64,000 bases of DNA from the human T2T-CHM13v2.0 reference genome, Homo sapiens. The position numbers and the translations under genes are program-made. How positions within the stretch are numbered: the first letter of the stretch is position 1; each line of letters begins with the position of its first letter. Positions 1 through 13,677 of the stretch are shown here, one piece after another. A model generated the notes under the pieces. That model was not told the DNA's origin and did no database searches. It saw only the letters and a list, made by a program, of their open reading frames with translations. The stretch is from the NCBI RefSeq assembly GCF_009914755.1, contig NC_060934.1. The stretch is one strand, 5' to 3'.

Positions 1-191
1 CCTGCGTTCAAGTGATCCTCCCACCCCACCTCCTGAGTACCTAAGACTACAGGTGCGGGCTACCACACCCAGCTAATTTCTGTATTTTTTATAGAGATGG
101 GGTCTCGCCGTGTTGCCCAGGCTGGTCTCAAACTCCTGGCCACAAGCACTTCTCCCACCTTGGCTTCCCAAAGTGCTGGGATTACAGGTGC
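1..191 (-). mobile_element. Alu (partial, cut by window edge)
   Basis: Reverse-complement Alu motifs: gctaatttctgtatttttt, cccaaagtgctgggattacagg. Confidence 0.9.
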
Positions 192-1654
192 CTCTTTTTC
201 TTTTCTTTCTTTCTTTTTTTTTTTTTAAAGGCATTGAGATCAAATCTGTTGTGTCCACCAAGATTATGGAAGGTATCGAATAGTATATGGGGACGCTTAG
301 GTCAAAGGGAGCCTCTGTTGCTTCTTGCTCAAGGGGTGCAGATGAATGTAGTTGTTTGAGAAGAGACACTCAACATCTGTGAGCAGGCAGGATGGGAGCC
401 TGGGACGAAGCACTGGCTTTACCACCCCAGACTTGGGACTCTTTCATTACCCACTGCATGAGAGTCTCAGGTTTACCATTCTCCACTGCTGCCCCAGGGG
501 CTCAGAGAAATAATTTCTCCTGAATTGTCTCAAAAGCTTGTTCCCCACCTGCCACCCTCATCCCTCCCCATCCCCCAAATTCCTCTCTTTTCCATTTACT
601 GCCCAGTTTCTTAAGCATTTCTCCTCCCCTAGAGTTGTTGGGGACACAGCCGGTTTTGCCACACTGCAAACCTTTGCTGCTGCATGAGGTCATTTCAGGG
701 GAGAAACTATATATAGCGGAGGACTAGCATCAGGACAGCTCCACGTTGTTCAGGCCGGTTAGCATCGCCCTTCCGCTGATGCAGGCAGGGTCACCTCGGA
801 TTCAGCACTCATCCAGTGGGAGTGTGGTCAGGAGCCCCGAGGAACCGGGGCAAGGTCGTCTTATCTTCATTGCCCTCTCTGTGTAAGCCCATGAATCTCT
901 GGTTCCTCATCTGAGTGATGAAGGAGTTGGTCTGGGAGGGGAATTTTGCACCGTTTTTCAAAGCTACTTGAACCCTTTCTGGGGTAAGCTTACAATGTAG
1001 CTTGATATGTACAACCAACTGGGTACTGCACTGGTTGAAGCCGGAGAGAATGGCCCCCCAAAGGGTTCCACTTATGTCCTGGGGTCCTAGAGGGCACACA
1101 GTTTGAAAACCACTGAGCAAGCTGATCCTCTGAGGTTTCTTTCAGAGAGTCTGGCCTCGTGCATAGGATCTGGCATAAATAACGCATAAGCAGGGTTGCA
1201 AGCTCTGTGACCTTTGGAGACATTGATGATCATCTTGGGTAGCCTGGGGGTGTGGCATAGGGACAGATCTCAGGGCAGAGTCTTTTGGAGTTGGGGCAGC
1301 TAGGCCATAGCACAGTTTGCAGATGCAGTTGGACTTGCTGGCCTGCATGTTGAAGGGCTGTTTCTTTTTCTGCCTGCTCCTGCCTGCCTTTCTTTTTAGC
1401 ACTGAGTTGCCCCAAAGAAGAGATGAAAATGAGGATTTAATGCATTTCAGGCAAGGAAAGAGCATTTAATTTAAGTTGTGTGTGGCTGAGTTACACATTT
1501 TATAGAGAGAGTATTTGTCGAGCACAGTGGTGCCTTTGGCAGATATAGGAAAGCCAGAACGTGGGGCCAGTTTTTCTTCATTCAGCAAGTATTTGTAGAG
1601 CGCCAGCTTTGTATTCCTGGAGAAGCAGAGAAGCGCAAGGGAGATCCCAGCTGT

Positions 1655-2100
1655 GTTAGAGCTCCTTGATTGCAAGTAACAGAAACCAACTGAATCCAGC
1701 TTAAGCAAAAAGGGTGATTTATGATAGGGCTTCATGGAGGACTCAGGACCCCACGGCAGGGTTGCTGCCTGGCCTTAAGCAGGGATTAGAAAAACCTTGT
1801 TAGATTCTCCCTCTCTCTCAGCTCTGCTTCTCTTTGAGCTTCCTTCACTTCTCTGCAGCCTGGCTTTCCCCTCCTGAGCCCACACGGTCCCAAATGTTCC
1901 TGCTGCAGCTCCAGCCACACTCAGATGTACTGAGATCTCCCAGTCCAAAGTCCATATTCCCATGGGAGAAAGAGAGTCTGGTTGGCACAGCCTGGGTCAC
2001 ATCTCTACCCTCAGTCTACTCAGCTCCAGCCAAGGGATGGGGTGACACGTGATGAAACAGGTCTGGCAGGAGCCACTCCTGATACCATGCAGATCGGAGG
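1655..2100 (-). mobile_element. Old MaLR LTR remnant (MLT1J/K-like)
   Basis: ttgcaagtaacagaaaccaactgaatccagcttaagcaaaaaggg resembles the recalled MLT1J/K terminus; boundaries approximate. Confidence 0.5.
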
Positions 2101-2691
2101 CAGCTCCAAACAGGGGAACTTTGACAGCCACAAAGCCGGGTGCTCCTCGAGGCTTTGATCAGGAGCTCTGGTCCCAGGGAGGAAACTGGGTTTATGTGGA
2201 ACATTTAATAGCCACATAAGGAGACAATGAAAGAAGTGACCCTCGGCAGAGCCCACCTGTTGCCAAATACATGGCTTTTCCAGTTGGGGCTGTCAGACCA
2301 GCGGGGGCCAGGGGCTCCCCAAGCCTGGTGTCAGCAGGAGCCCCTCCAGGTTCGCTCAGGGGAAAGGGGCTTTGTTGGAAGGATTTTGGCAAGGCAGCCT
2401 GGCCTCCTGGGAGCTGAGGCTGGAAGGCAGTCAGGAGTGGAGGTGGCCCTGTCTTTGGGGAGCTGTGTGGCCTCTCTGCTTTTGTCTGAGCATCTGCTCC
2501 TGGCCTCCCTCTTACAGAGGACCCAGGCTTCTCCTCTTACATGTCGGCATGTTCCATGGTTGAACACACAGTGCCACCGTGGATGGCTTCTCTGGGTCAC
2601 AGGCAGCCAGTGAGGGGGCTGGACCTCGTTGACTGGGAGGCTGCCCCTTTCAGGGCTTTGGGCAGGGCAGACATTAGAAATCCATCTCCTC

Positions 2692-2980
2692 GGCCGGGCA
2701 CGGTGGCTCATGCCTGTAATCCCAGCACTTTGGGAGGCTGAGGCGGGTGGATCACTAGGTCAGGAGATCAAGACCATCCTGGCTAACGTGGTGAAACCCC
2801 GTCTCTACTAAAAATATAAAAAATTAGCCGGGCACGGTGGCAGGCGCCTGTAGTTCCAGCTACTCGGGAGGCTGAAGCAGGAGAATGGCCTGAACCCGGG
2901 AGGCAGAGGTTGCAGCCGAGATCGTGCCACTGCACTCCAGCCTGGGCAACAGAGTGAGACTCTGTCTCAAAAAAAAAAAA
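2692..2980 (+). mobile_element. Alu (AluY/Sc-like), full length
   Basis: ggccgggcacggtggctca... to A-tail; TSD agaaatccatctcctc / agaaacccatctcctc. Confidence 0.95.
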
Positions 2981-5019
2981 GAAACCCATCTCCTCGCATC
3001 TCCTACAGTCAGGGGATGCTGTGGACACTGGAGAGCAACGCCTTGACAGCTGGGGGGAGTGGGGACCAACCTGCACCAAAGCCAGGGTGCAGGGAGGGGA
3101 GGGCAGTAAGAGGTGGGGCCTGATGGCACCTCGGATGCTGACTGCGGGGCAGGGCCATGGAGGTGTGAGGAGCCACAGGGAGCCTGTGACCAGGGAGAGG
3201 CAGGGCACCTGGGAGGGCATTGCTGGACTCCAAGGATGACAGGGGTAGCTGGGAAAGGAGTAGGGCAGGATAGAAGACAGGGAGACCACCTGGGAGCCTG
3301 GTGGCACTCCAGGCAGCAAGGGAGGGTCAGGAGTGGAAGGGCAAGAGGTATGGAAGACGCTTTCAAGAAGGAGGTCCCGAACTTTGGCGACAGTCTGGCT
3401 GAAGCAGAGTGAGGGTCCAGTGGTAGGGGCTCTGGGGAGGGGCCTGGCACAACTGGGGCTTGAGGAAGGAGAGAGATGGGCAGCTAGAGGAGTGGAGCGC
3501 CACTGGAGAGCCTGGTGGTGGTGGCTGAGGGTGGAGAGATCTGGGGATGTTTACAGCAGGAAGGGAAGTCCCTGGGTAGAGGAGGAGCTGCTGGAGAATG
3601 GCTCCTGGGCCCACCAGCTCTGCCCCTCAGGAGCTGTGACAGTGGCCAAGTCGCCTCAGCTCCCTCATCTTCAACGTGGGGACAGTCTCTGCCCAGTCCC
3701 CTTGCCGAGGTGTGGGGAAGGGCTGAGGTTGTGCATGTCACAGGGCTCTGTGCACTGGGAAGTCTCGTGCGGATGCAGGCAGCCTTGTGACTGCAGTCAC
3801 TCGTGGCATGGCACTGCCCGGTGGCCCTCTGCGGGATCAGGGAGGCTTCTTTTCTGGCCCTGGGATGTGACTGGACATGGGCTCCACTACAACCCATCTC
3901 CTGGGCATCTCAGGCCGGTGACCCTGCTGCCAACCGTGTTCCCGGTCCCTGGGGGTGAGTAGAGAACAGCAGGTGCCCAGGCCTCATGTCTGAGGGTCTA
4001 GGAATGACCAACTGCATAGGCCTAGGATCCCTTCACCCACACTGGCTTCTGAGATCCCTGGTGGTGCTGTGTGTGTGTGGAGACCAGCAGCAGGGCTGAG
4101 GCAGGAGGGAGGTGGCTGTGTTCTCCTTCCTGGGCAAGTGAAGAGGCCATAGGGGACGTGGTTGAGTGGGGGACAGACACACCCCATTTACTTCCTAGTG
4201 TGGAACTGGAGGGGCCGCTCCGAGAATGGTGTTGGCCTCCTTGGCCTGCTTCCCAGGGAGAAAATCTTGGAGCACTTGTTTCAAAGATGCCAGGAGAGTG
4301 GGGAATGCTGAAACCTGCATCCTGTTTTGCTGCTGGCCTAGGGAAGAGGACCCAGATGGGGACAGTAGATGGTGGCAGAGACTGGAATACTGGGTGCATC
4401 TTGGGGCCCACAGAGCTGGGGGAAGCAGATGGGGGTTGAGGCGAGGACCTGAGGTCAACAGGGGAGAACCTGCGGCTTCCTTCCTGTTTGATGCCGACCT
4501 CGCTCCATCCAGGACTGCCTGGCAGCCTGGTTCTTTCTCCCTAGCTGCCCCTCCCCGAGGACAAGGCCCTCTATCCTCTGCAGCCGACATCCCACTTTTC
4601 CTGTATGAGTCATGCCTACCGGCCCGAGGCTGCCTCCAGCTCACCTGCAGCTTCCTTTCTCCAGGAAGGCCTGGCTTCTATGTGTGTCTTCCTTGCCCTC
4701 CAGCCCGTTTGGCTATTTCTGTTCATTTTCCCTCCACGGAGCATCTGGCAGAGCTGCCTGCTCTCTCCCACCCCAAGCCAGATTTTGTCTTCTCCTGCCT
4801 GCTCGTTTCCAATCTCAGACCCCTTGGAGCATTATTTTTTCTAAAGTGCAGCAGCTGTGCATCTCCCTGGTCTGCCCAGCTGTTCTTGTCGTTGACTGGA
4901 GAGTTTATGTCACTTGTGACAATAAATAGGAAATGAGAATGAGAGGGTTGCCAGACTGCCCTTCCAGCTGCCTGAATTCCTCTCGGGAAACAAGGAGAGA
5001 AATAAGCACAATAAGGCTA

Positions 5020-5265
5020 ACACTTAGAAGTACTTCCCATGTTCACTTAATGTTTTCCAGATGTAGTACCAAACCTTTTCCATGTATTATCTCATTTAAT
5101 CTTTGTAGTAACTCAATGAAGTAAGTTGTATGATCATCCTCTCACAGCAGGGAACACAGAGGCCCAGAGAGGTTGTGTAATTTGCCCAACATCATCAATG
5201 AGTAAGTAGCAGAACCAGACCAGAACCTGTATCAGTCTGACTCCCAGGGCACTCTCCTAACCACT
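5020..5265 (-). mobile_element. MIR
   Basis: tctcatttaatc...gaggcccagagaggttgtgtaatttgcccaa...gtctgactcc MIR core motifs. Confidence 0.65.
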
Positions 5266-6199
5266 AGAGGAGGAGACAGCCATGGGCCAGGCATCTCCGG
5301 AGCCCACTTGAACTTCAAGTTTTCGTTTTCTCTAGTTGCCTGTTGCAAATAATAACGTGCTCAAAGGAGACCTCATAGTGTCATTCTCAGAGCCATCCTT
5401 TGTTCTCCTTTCTCTGTATCCCAAACAGCAAAAAGAACTTTTGGATGGTAGAGGTTGTAGTATTTCTCTTTGCTTGGAGTCCCCCTACCAGCATCCCATT
5501 TTATAGTCTTCCGTAAAGCTTTAAGAACTTCACGACATTATCCTTGCAAATAAGGGGCTACAGAGGAAGAAATAATAGCCTAATCTTGACTTTTCTCTGA
5601 TGATCTTTCCACTTAAATCATGTTCCCTTCTCTCCTGAGCATGCTTGAAATGCCCCAAGATGCCTGTTCTACACATTCTGTATTGACAGGGAACATTTCT
5701 GCTCTTTGTGGTAAACCTTTTGTGTGCTATTATTGTCCGTGAGTGGTGATTGTCAACTGGGGAGAGAGAGGGAGAATGAATCACAGTCTCTGGGGATTGG
5801 GGCAAGTGTGAAATTTGAAAAGCATATTCAGGATCATAATCTCATTTTAGCTTTGGAAAAATATATTGTTTTTTAAATGTAGACAATTAAAGAAAGTGGA
5901 CTTGGACAAAATCTTGCCTGATATTGCAGGAATTCTCAAGTGAGGCATAGCAGTTTTAGGTGGGGGTGTATATGGGAAGCCTGTATGTTGATTAAAAGGG
6001 GGTATGTGCTTTAAGAGGCTAAGAAGCTGTCTCCCAACAAGAGACTGTATGTGTCCTGTCATTCTGTCTCCCACAGCCCTGCAGGTGTTTACTGGAGGTC
6101 TCTGAGGATGGTGCATACTATATGGGGCATCAAAAAAGACCCAAGGGCTTGGGGCTTGGGGCAAGTGCACTAAACACCACTGGTTTACTAACTGGGACC

Positions 6200-6410
6200 T
6201 TGTAGCTTAGTGGTTAAGAGCACAGGTTCGGCTCAGACCATGGCAGAGCTTAAATCCAAGCTTTACTGCTTTGTGGTAGTATTCCTTAACCTCTAAATGT
6301 CTCAGTTCCTTCATCTGTTACATAGATGGTGGTAGTACCTACCCTATCATGTAACTGTGGTGATTATGTGGGATAATGCCTGGCACCTGGCTGGTAGTCA
6401 GTGATGGTGG
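6200..6410 (+). mobile_element. MIR
   Basis: agtggttaagagcacagg...ccttaacctct...ctcagttccttcatctgt. Confidence 0.6.
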
Positions 6411-9400
6411 ATGCTGTTTCTTACCCATCCTACCTGCTTTGTCTCAGTTGGATCAAACCCTCATGGGGCTCTGGGTGGCTGACCCAATGGCTTTGTCGAA
6501 ATGAAAGTGTTATGTGGTCCTTGAGGTCCTGGTTCAAGGCTAATCTGAAGCATCTGTCTGCATAAAGCCCAGATGAGCATTGAGTTTCTCCATGCCCAGT
6601 GCCGTGCTTGATCCTGGGTGTGCAGCTGAGCAAAATAGATACGGTCCTTCCCTCCCAGGTCCCACAGAATAACGGGGAAACACATGATACTCAGGTAATC
6701 AAAATGTAAGACATACTACAAAGGTAAGAATAAGGTACTGGGAGAGAATTATGGGGTAGGAGAAATGAATTATTTTGGAATGGAGGGTCAGGAAGCCTTC
6801 CCTGAAAAAGAGACACCTACGCTGACACCTGGAGACTGGGACTGAGGGAGCCGTGTTTGTCTCATGTGTCCCCACCCCTGGCCAGGGCTGCCTGCTGGTC
6901 CATGTACCACCTTTGGGTGAATTAGAGAAAGATGCCTCCTCTGGGCAGGGGCACAGCTGGAGAGAGAAAGGGAAATAAGCAAGTGGCCACCCCGGTTTCT
7001 GCCCTCTTGGGGTAAGGAGGTGTTTTCCCTTTCCAGGAGAAAGGAGAGAGAGGCCGTGTCCAGGACACTGTCCGGAGCTGCTAAACTGGCCAGCAAGTGC
7101 TCAGAGTCTGGTTTTCATGGGCTGCAGTTGGTGACTGTCTGCTGTGACCTTCTTCCCATAGCAGATATCTCTTCCACAATGTTCTATAAAGAGAGAGGAC
7201 CACTAGGAGGGCAGGAGGGAGAGAGGAGGGAGATCTGCTGGGGAAGCCGGGCCACAGACTGAGGCCCTGGGCCTGCCAGCTCCCATCTCGCCTCCCCAGC
7301 ACGAGTGCCTACTTCATGCTGAGTTCTGAGCTAACCTTGTTATTTAATCTGTAGTGTTTTGTTTTGTTTGCCTTCTCACCTGGGACCCGCCTTTCATTCC
7401 ACAGGTAGGGGTGATGAACTCAATGCAAATGATGGTTGGTAAGGTGAGACTCTGCTGGGTGGGCAGCTCCCTGGCTGGTGGAGGGCACGCTTGAGGAAGT
7501 GGCATTTGAGTTCACTTCTAGGTGCTTGGATGCCTGGCACTCATGAGTGGAAGTTTCCAGGAGTTACTTTTCTGTTCCCCCTGAGGGAGATCTCCTTTCC
7601 CAAAGGAGAGTGGTCTGACGTGGGAACGGGCTGCCTCTGAGAGCCCAGCCTCCAGGGGTGGTGAGGGTCACTCCCAGGGATTCTTGCGTCAGCTGGGGCA
7701 CACGCTGCAGAGCCTTCCACGACCTCTCTGACTCCAGTGGGATCTGGCTCTGCAAAAGTTAAGCCCTTCTGCCATAGCCTGGTAGAGGCTTTTTCTAAAT
7801 CAAGCTGGGAGGGCCACCCTCAGGCAGGCAGGAGCAGCAGCCTCCAGACTAACCAGATCCTGGAGCTCTGTGTTCTGGGTCCCTGATCTCCCTGAAGCCC
7901 CAGCTACGGAGTTTGGTCCAGATTTCCCCCAGCAGCAGCTGGGCAGCAGTGTGTGCCTGGCCCCCTTTGGAGTGGGTCACACACCCACCTGGCCAGGCTC
8001 TGGCATGGAGGCTGGCACTAGAATGGGCTTCAGGGATAGCATGCACCTGTTTTGTGCTGCTGTTGTCAAGTAGCTGGCCTTGGGCTTCTTGGAACTACAG
8101 ATGTTTGCGTCATTGGACTGATTGTCCTTTGACTTTTTCTTTGCCATACTGACTTTCTGTGGCCATATGGTTAGCTTTGGATACAGAGAGGTGTGAGGTG
8201 GTCCCACAGTGCCTGCCACAACATCAAGTTTCTGTAGATGGGAGCCCTTCCGTAAACCTCAGAAGGTGGCAAGAGCATGTCTGACAGTGATTGGAATTGA
8301 GCTCTGCAAGACGTAGACAAGATCACCTCTTCAACTCCAGAGTGTTGTGGCAGGGCACCAGAGCTGGAAAAGCCTGAAAGGTCATGTCCAGCTGCCCACG
8401 CAATGTGGGGTCGTTCCACTTAGCACCCTTGCCAGGCATTCAGCCAGACTTTCTTTGGGCGAGGCTAGCTTTTGAACGCACTGAATGCGTTGGCCTGTCT
8501 CTCTGTAGAGTGAGTGCCTGTGCCCTGTCTCATTGCCCACACCATGGCCTTGTGAGAGCAGCTCCCTCCGATCAGTGTGAACTTGGCTGAGCCCAAGTGT
8601 GCTTCCTTTGTGTCTCTCACTCACTGGTTCTGCCTGAGAAGTTTGTTTCCTTTAGGTAAAGTTTTCCTGTTATAGCTCTTGGGGTTTGAATTGGGTGACT
8701 TGTCTTACAGAGTGGTGAAGATCGGAGACAGGGTGTGTAACTTGCCCAGGTCATCTCAAATTTGTGGCCAGGCAGGAAACACAACCCCAGAGATGCTTGA
8801 TCTTGTCATTTTGCTGCTCAGACACATTCTGCCTCCTTTCTGACCTCCAGCATGTTTTATGAGCAAGATTCTGAGAGCCCTCTCTAAACAGCAAGTCAGA
8901 GCTTTTAGCTTCCTTTCTCTTTAGATTGTACCTGGCTGGTGGGTGAAGGTGAGGGTGGGGATAGACATGTAGGAGCCATTTGGTGCCAGGAATAAGACAA
9001 AGCAGCTTGGAAGAGGGGTCTGGAGGGAGCCAGGGTGTGATGGCTGAGTGCCACAGAGGAGGGCCATAGCTGCAGGGCCAGGGCCACCCTGGCCACTCCT
9101 GCCTGCGTCTCCTTTAGAGGCTTTCATCTCCCTGACTCCTTTCTTTTTCCGCTGTCTCCTTTTCCTCTTCTGTTGAGGCATCCCTGAGCGTTCCTTCCCC
9201 TGCCTACCTGGAGATCTCCAGACCTTAAGATTTAGTGTCCTTGACACAGCGTATTTCTTTATAATGCCTTCCTCTTCGGGCTGTGCACCCATATCACTTC
9301 AGAGCCACTCCTGCCTGCACCTGGGAGCATTAACATCAGAGCCTTAACCAGATGCTCTGGATGCTGCCTGCCAGCCGCCCAGAACACTTAATTATCTTTT

Positions 9401-10191
9401 GCGGGAAGTGACATCTTACCCCACCGGGACATTTTATAGACAGTGTCTTCACCCTGAAGGTGGGAATTTCATGAATTGTGGCAGGTCAACAAGGTGGCCA
9501 TCGGGGAGCAATAGAGGGAAATGGGCATTTGCGGAGTGTCTTCCATGCTCCAGGCACAGACTATTGTGTTCTCCCAGCACCTGGTGGTGTGGCATCATTC
9601 ATCTCCATTTTACAGATTGGAGAACTAAAGCTTGCTAGGGTCACCGGGCCAGTTACTGGTTGGGGTCAGAATGAGAATCCTCTTCTGCTTGGCTCCAGAG
9701 CCCAACTCCTCCTGGTCTTTGCAGCCTGTCTGCAGGGCCTGTCTTCTCCACTGTTTCCTTGCTAGCACTGAGCCCAGCACCTGGCATCAACATGAAGCGA
9801 TAGTTGTAGAAGGTGGGCTAGAGCTGGCAGGCAGGGACTTGAGCTTGGTAGAGCCAGGATAGTTGGGAAGATGATTTGGGCACCTGGGGGCTGGGGATGG
9901 GGGCGGTATTTTTCCTCTGTCTTTGTACCTTCTTTGGGTGTAACTTGGTGGACATCAGAGTTCAGAGTTGAGGTGGTGCGGGGTGTAGCAGACCCAGAAT
10001 TAAGGCAGGACTGTTGGTCTCTGTGGCCTCGTGAGACTGCTGAAGACCCGACGTCCCTTGTTCCTGCTGCTTCTGTGGCAGCTGGAGCCAGTGAGATGAT
10101 GCCCCTTCCCCATTTACTGTTTTCTGCAGTTCTGCCTCCGTGACAGCCAGCAGGATGAGTGTGGGGAGACCCGTAAGAGGGGCTAGAATGA

Positions 10192-10597
<406 letters not shown>

Positions 10598-11559
10598 CCC
10601 CATAGAGTTTTTACCCTGACTGGCACACCTCCTTCTTCTAGCCCCCTCTTCCTGATACTCCCAAATCGTAGGGGTTGGCTGGGAACAGGATTCACCATTC
10701 CTCCTGGAGGCACCAAGACAGGTTTTTGAGGACTACGATGACTTATGTCTCATTGATGCTCTGCTCACCCTATGAAGGCAGGTGCATTTCTTTGTGGAAA
10801 GCTGCCCTGCTGCGTTGAAGGGGTCTAATGATACAGTGGCTTAAAGAAGGAGGAGTTTGTTTTTCTGTCTCATGTAATGGCCCTGATGTCCTCAACATGA
10901 ACAGACCAAGTGAGGGGGCAGCTCGGCTCCTTGTGGTCACCTGGGATCCTGTTTTTTTGAAGTTGCTGCCACATCATAGAACATTGTTGTTTGCATGGTT
11001 GAAGTTGGGTTGCAGCCATGTCTGGGCTCCAGCCAGTGGAGGGGGAAGAAAGGGTGGAGGAGGCCTGCCTACCTTCCCTAGGCCCTGGTCCTCCATGGCC
11101 CATGTGCAGCATAGTCACATGGCCTCCCTGGCTGCAAGCAAGGCTGAGAAATGTCTGCCTGGGCTGTTGTGTGGCCATGAAGAAGGGGAAAGTGGCTTTG
11201 GGTAGGTAACTAACAGCCTCACTACAGAAGATGGAGAGTATTTTCACTTGTGTGTGCTGAGAGAAGAATATGCCTCCCTGCTAGTCATGTGCCCACACTC
11301 TTTGGCAACTTGCACATGTGCCCCCTTCCTTGGGAAACATCTGTGTGCCAGACTATGCTGCACCAACTTAGGGGACCAGAAGCCAAAGAAGGCAATTTCT
11401 GCCTTTTAGCAACTCACAGTGTAGTCTGGAGAGGGTGTGTGTGGAACCCAGACAATCTGTAAATGCCAAAACAGAGAATCTCTTTTGTTGTATGCTGGGC
11501 ACCGCAGATAGAGAGCTAAAAGACCACCTGGGGCCTCCATATGCTCGCAGTTGGGTGGA

Positions 11560-12250
11560 CTGGAAAATGGAATGAAGTGCTGAGAGCAGTGTGGCTGAGG
11601 AATTAGGAGGGCTTCACAGAAGAGGTGACATTCTAGCTGGGCGCCGACATTTTCTATTTCAAAAGATGGGGTATCTTCGGGAGAGAAAACCAATAGCAAA
11701 GGCATGGAGACTTGGAAGCTCATGGAGGGCTAGTGGCTCAGGTGTGGTCTGAGCCTAGTGGAAGTGAGTGAGAGAACAGGTCCCAGCTGTCTATGCGGCT
11801 CACTTCTCCCTCCACTGGCCTCTGCACCCATCTCCATATTAGAGGCCTTCTCTGGTCCCCCATTCTCAATTCTAATCACTGTATTTTTCTGCTTAACTTG
11901 GGGATGACATATAAATACCTGACATACTCTAGATGGCCTTGTGCATTGTCTGTCTCTCCTGCTAGAATGTAAACTGCGGGAGAGCAAGGACTTTGTTTTG
12001 TATGGGTAAATACTGGGTCCTCAAATATTTGTTGAATGAATAAATGAATTTATGGGAATGTGGTAATGTGGACTGAAGATCATATTTTTGGAAAGACTTG
12101 ATTTCCATGCTAAGGTGTTTGGCTTTTATTTTTAGGTAGTGGGGAGCCATAGAAAGTTTTTGAGCAGGGGAGTGACATAATCACTATTAACAAGGTTCCT
12201 GGCAGCAGCAAGGAAGATGGTCAGAGTGGGGAGAGAGTGCCACTTCCCTG
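11560..12250. mobile_element. L2 fragments
   Basis: ctagaatgtaaactgcgggagagcaaggac...ctcaaatatttgttgaatgaataaatgaat (L2 3' end) plus adjacent L2-like segments in the opposite orientation. Confidence 0.55.
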
Positions 12251-12824
12251 GCCCTAGGTCAGCTCCAAAGCAACTTACCCTGCAGACTGATGTGCCATTT
12301 GTGTAGTCTGGAAGCCTATTCGCAGTCATTGTGTTTGGGGCGAAGCAGAGGATTCGATCTCTGGCAGGGCTTCATCCCTAAGGGTCTAACAAGCACTCTT
12401 GTGCACTGCTGGTGGAAGTGAAAATTGATAGTCTTTCTGGAAGGCAATTTGGCAAAAGGTAACAAGAACCTTAAAACTATCCCTGCTCTTTGACCTAGAA
12501 ATTCCACAACAAGGACTTTATCATAGAGAATGAAGCCGAAGTGTGTGCAAAGCTTTATGCACTAAGACTTTGATTCTAGCGTGAAAAATGGAAAGTCTAA
12601 ATGTGTGACTCAAGGACTTCTCAAATCCATCCTCTCATCTCCATCCCACTAAAACTCTGCCTGCCATGATAGACACAATAAAATCTGAGTCCAGGCCCCT
12701 GTTTTTTCGCTCCTCTTCTAATGCAGCAGCCTCTTAACTGATCTTCCTGCCTTCATTCAAGACTCCTTAAACCCACTCTCCACATGGATTCCAGAGTGAA
12801 CAATCAAAAATGCCTGCCTTACAT

Positions 12825-13072
12825 ATCATTTGGGGTCAGGAATTCAAGACCAGCCTGGCCAACATGGTGAAACCCCATCTCTACTAAAAATACAAAAGTC
12901 AGCCGGGCATGGTGGCATGCACCGGTAGTCCCAGCTACTTGGGAGGCTGAAGCAGGAGAATTGCTTGCTTGAACCTGGGAGGCAGAGGTTGCAGTGAGCC
13001 AAGATCACGCCACTGCACTCCAGCCTGGGTGACAGAGCAAGACTCCGTCTCAAAAAAAAAAAAAAAAAAAAA
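12825..13072 (+). mobile_element. Alu, 5'-truncated
   Basis: Starts at atcatttggggtcaggaattcaagacc; A-tail ends ~13072. Confidence 0.9.
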
Positions 13073-13087
13073 GAAATGCCTCTCTTA

Positions 13088-13392
13088 GGCCGAGCGTGGT
13101 GGCTCACACCTGTAATCCCAGCACTTTGGGAGGCTGAGACGGGTGGATTACCTGAGCTCAAGAGTTCAAGACCAGCCTGGGCAACATAGGAAAACCCTGT
13201 CTCTACTAAAATATGAAAATTAACCAGGCGTGGTGACAGGCACCTGTAATACCAGCTACTCAGGAGGCTGAGGCATGAGAATTGCTTGAACCAGGAGGCG
13301 GAGGTTGGAGTGAGCCAAGATCGTGCCACTGCACTCCAGCCTAGGCAACAAAGCGAAACTCTTGTCTCCAAAAAAAAAAAAAAAAAAAAAAA
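13088..13392 (+). mobile_element. Alu, full length
   Basis: ggccgagcgtggtggctcacacc... to long A-tail. Confidence 0.95.
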
Positions 13393-13401
13393 GCCTGCCT
13401 T

Positions 13402-13533
13402 GGCAGGCTGCGGTGGCTTATGCCTATAATCCCATATGCGTTGGGAGGCCAACGCAGGAGGATCACTTGAGTCCAGGAGTTTGAGACCAGCCTGGGCAAC
13501 CCTATCTATACAAAAAATTTCAAAAAGAAAAAG
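13402..13533 (+). mobile_element. Alu left monomer (FLAM-like)
   Basis: ggcaggctgcggtggcttatgcc...gagaccagcctgggcaac then A-rich tail. Confidence 0.85.
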
Positions 13534-13643
13534 AGTGCCTATCCTTCCTTGGCTTTGCCCCTTCAGAGGCTCTCCCATCCCTTAGGGCATAATGTCCAAG
13601 TTGTGTCACTGGCCCAGAGGCCCTCACTGATCTGCCCTTCTTT

Positions 13644-13646
13644 TTT

Positions 13647-13677
<31 letters not shown>

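Noticed and set aside
3333-4936. 209-aa and 236-aa ORFs in intron 1
   Set aside because: No domain similarity and no clear splice or promoter context; expected by chance in GC-rich DNA.
12844-13578. 244-aa ORF and similar ORFs with LECSG / SWDYR / FFFFF motifs
   Set aside because: Translations of antisense Alu sequence.
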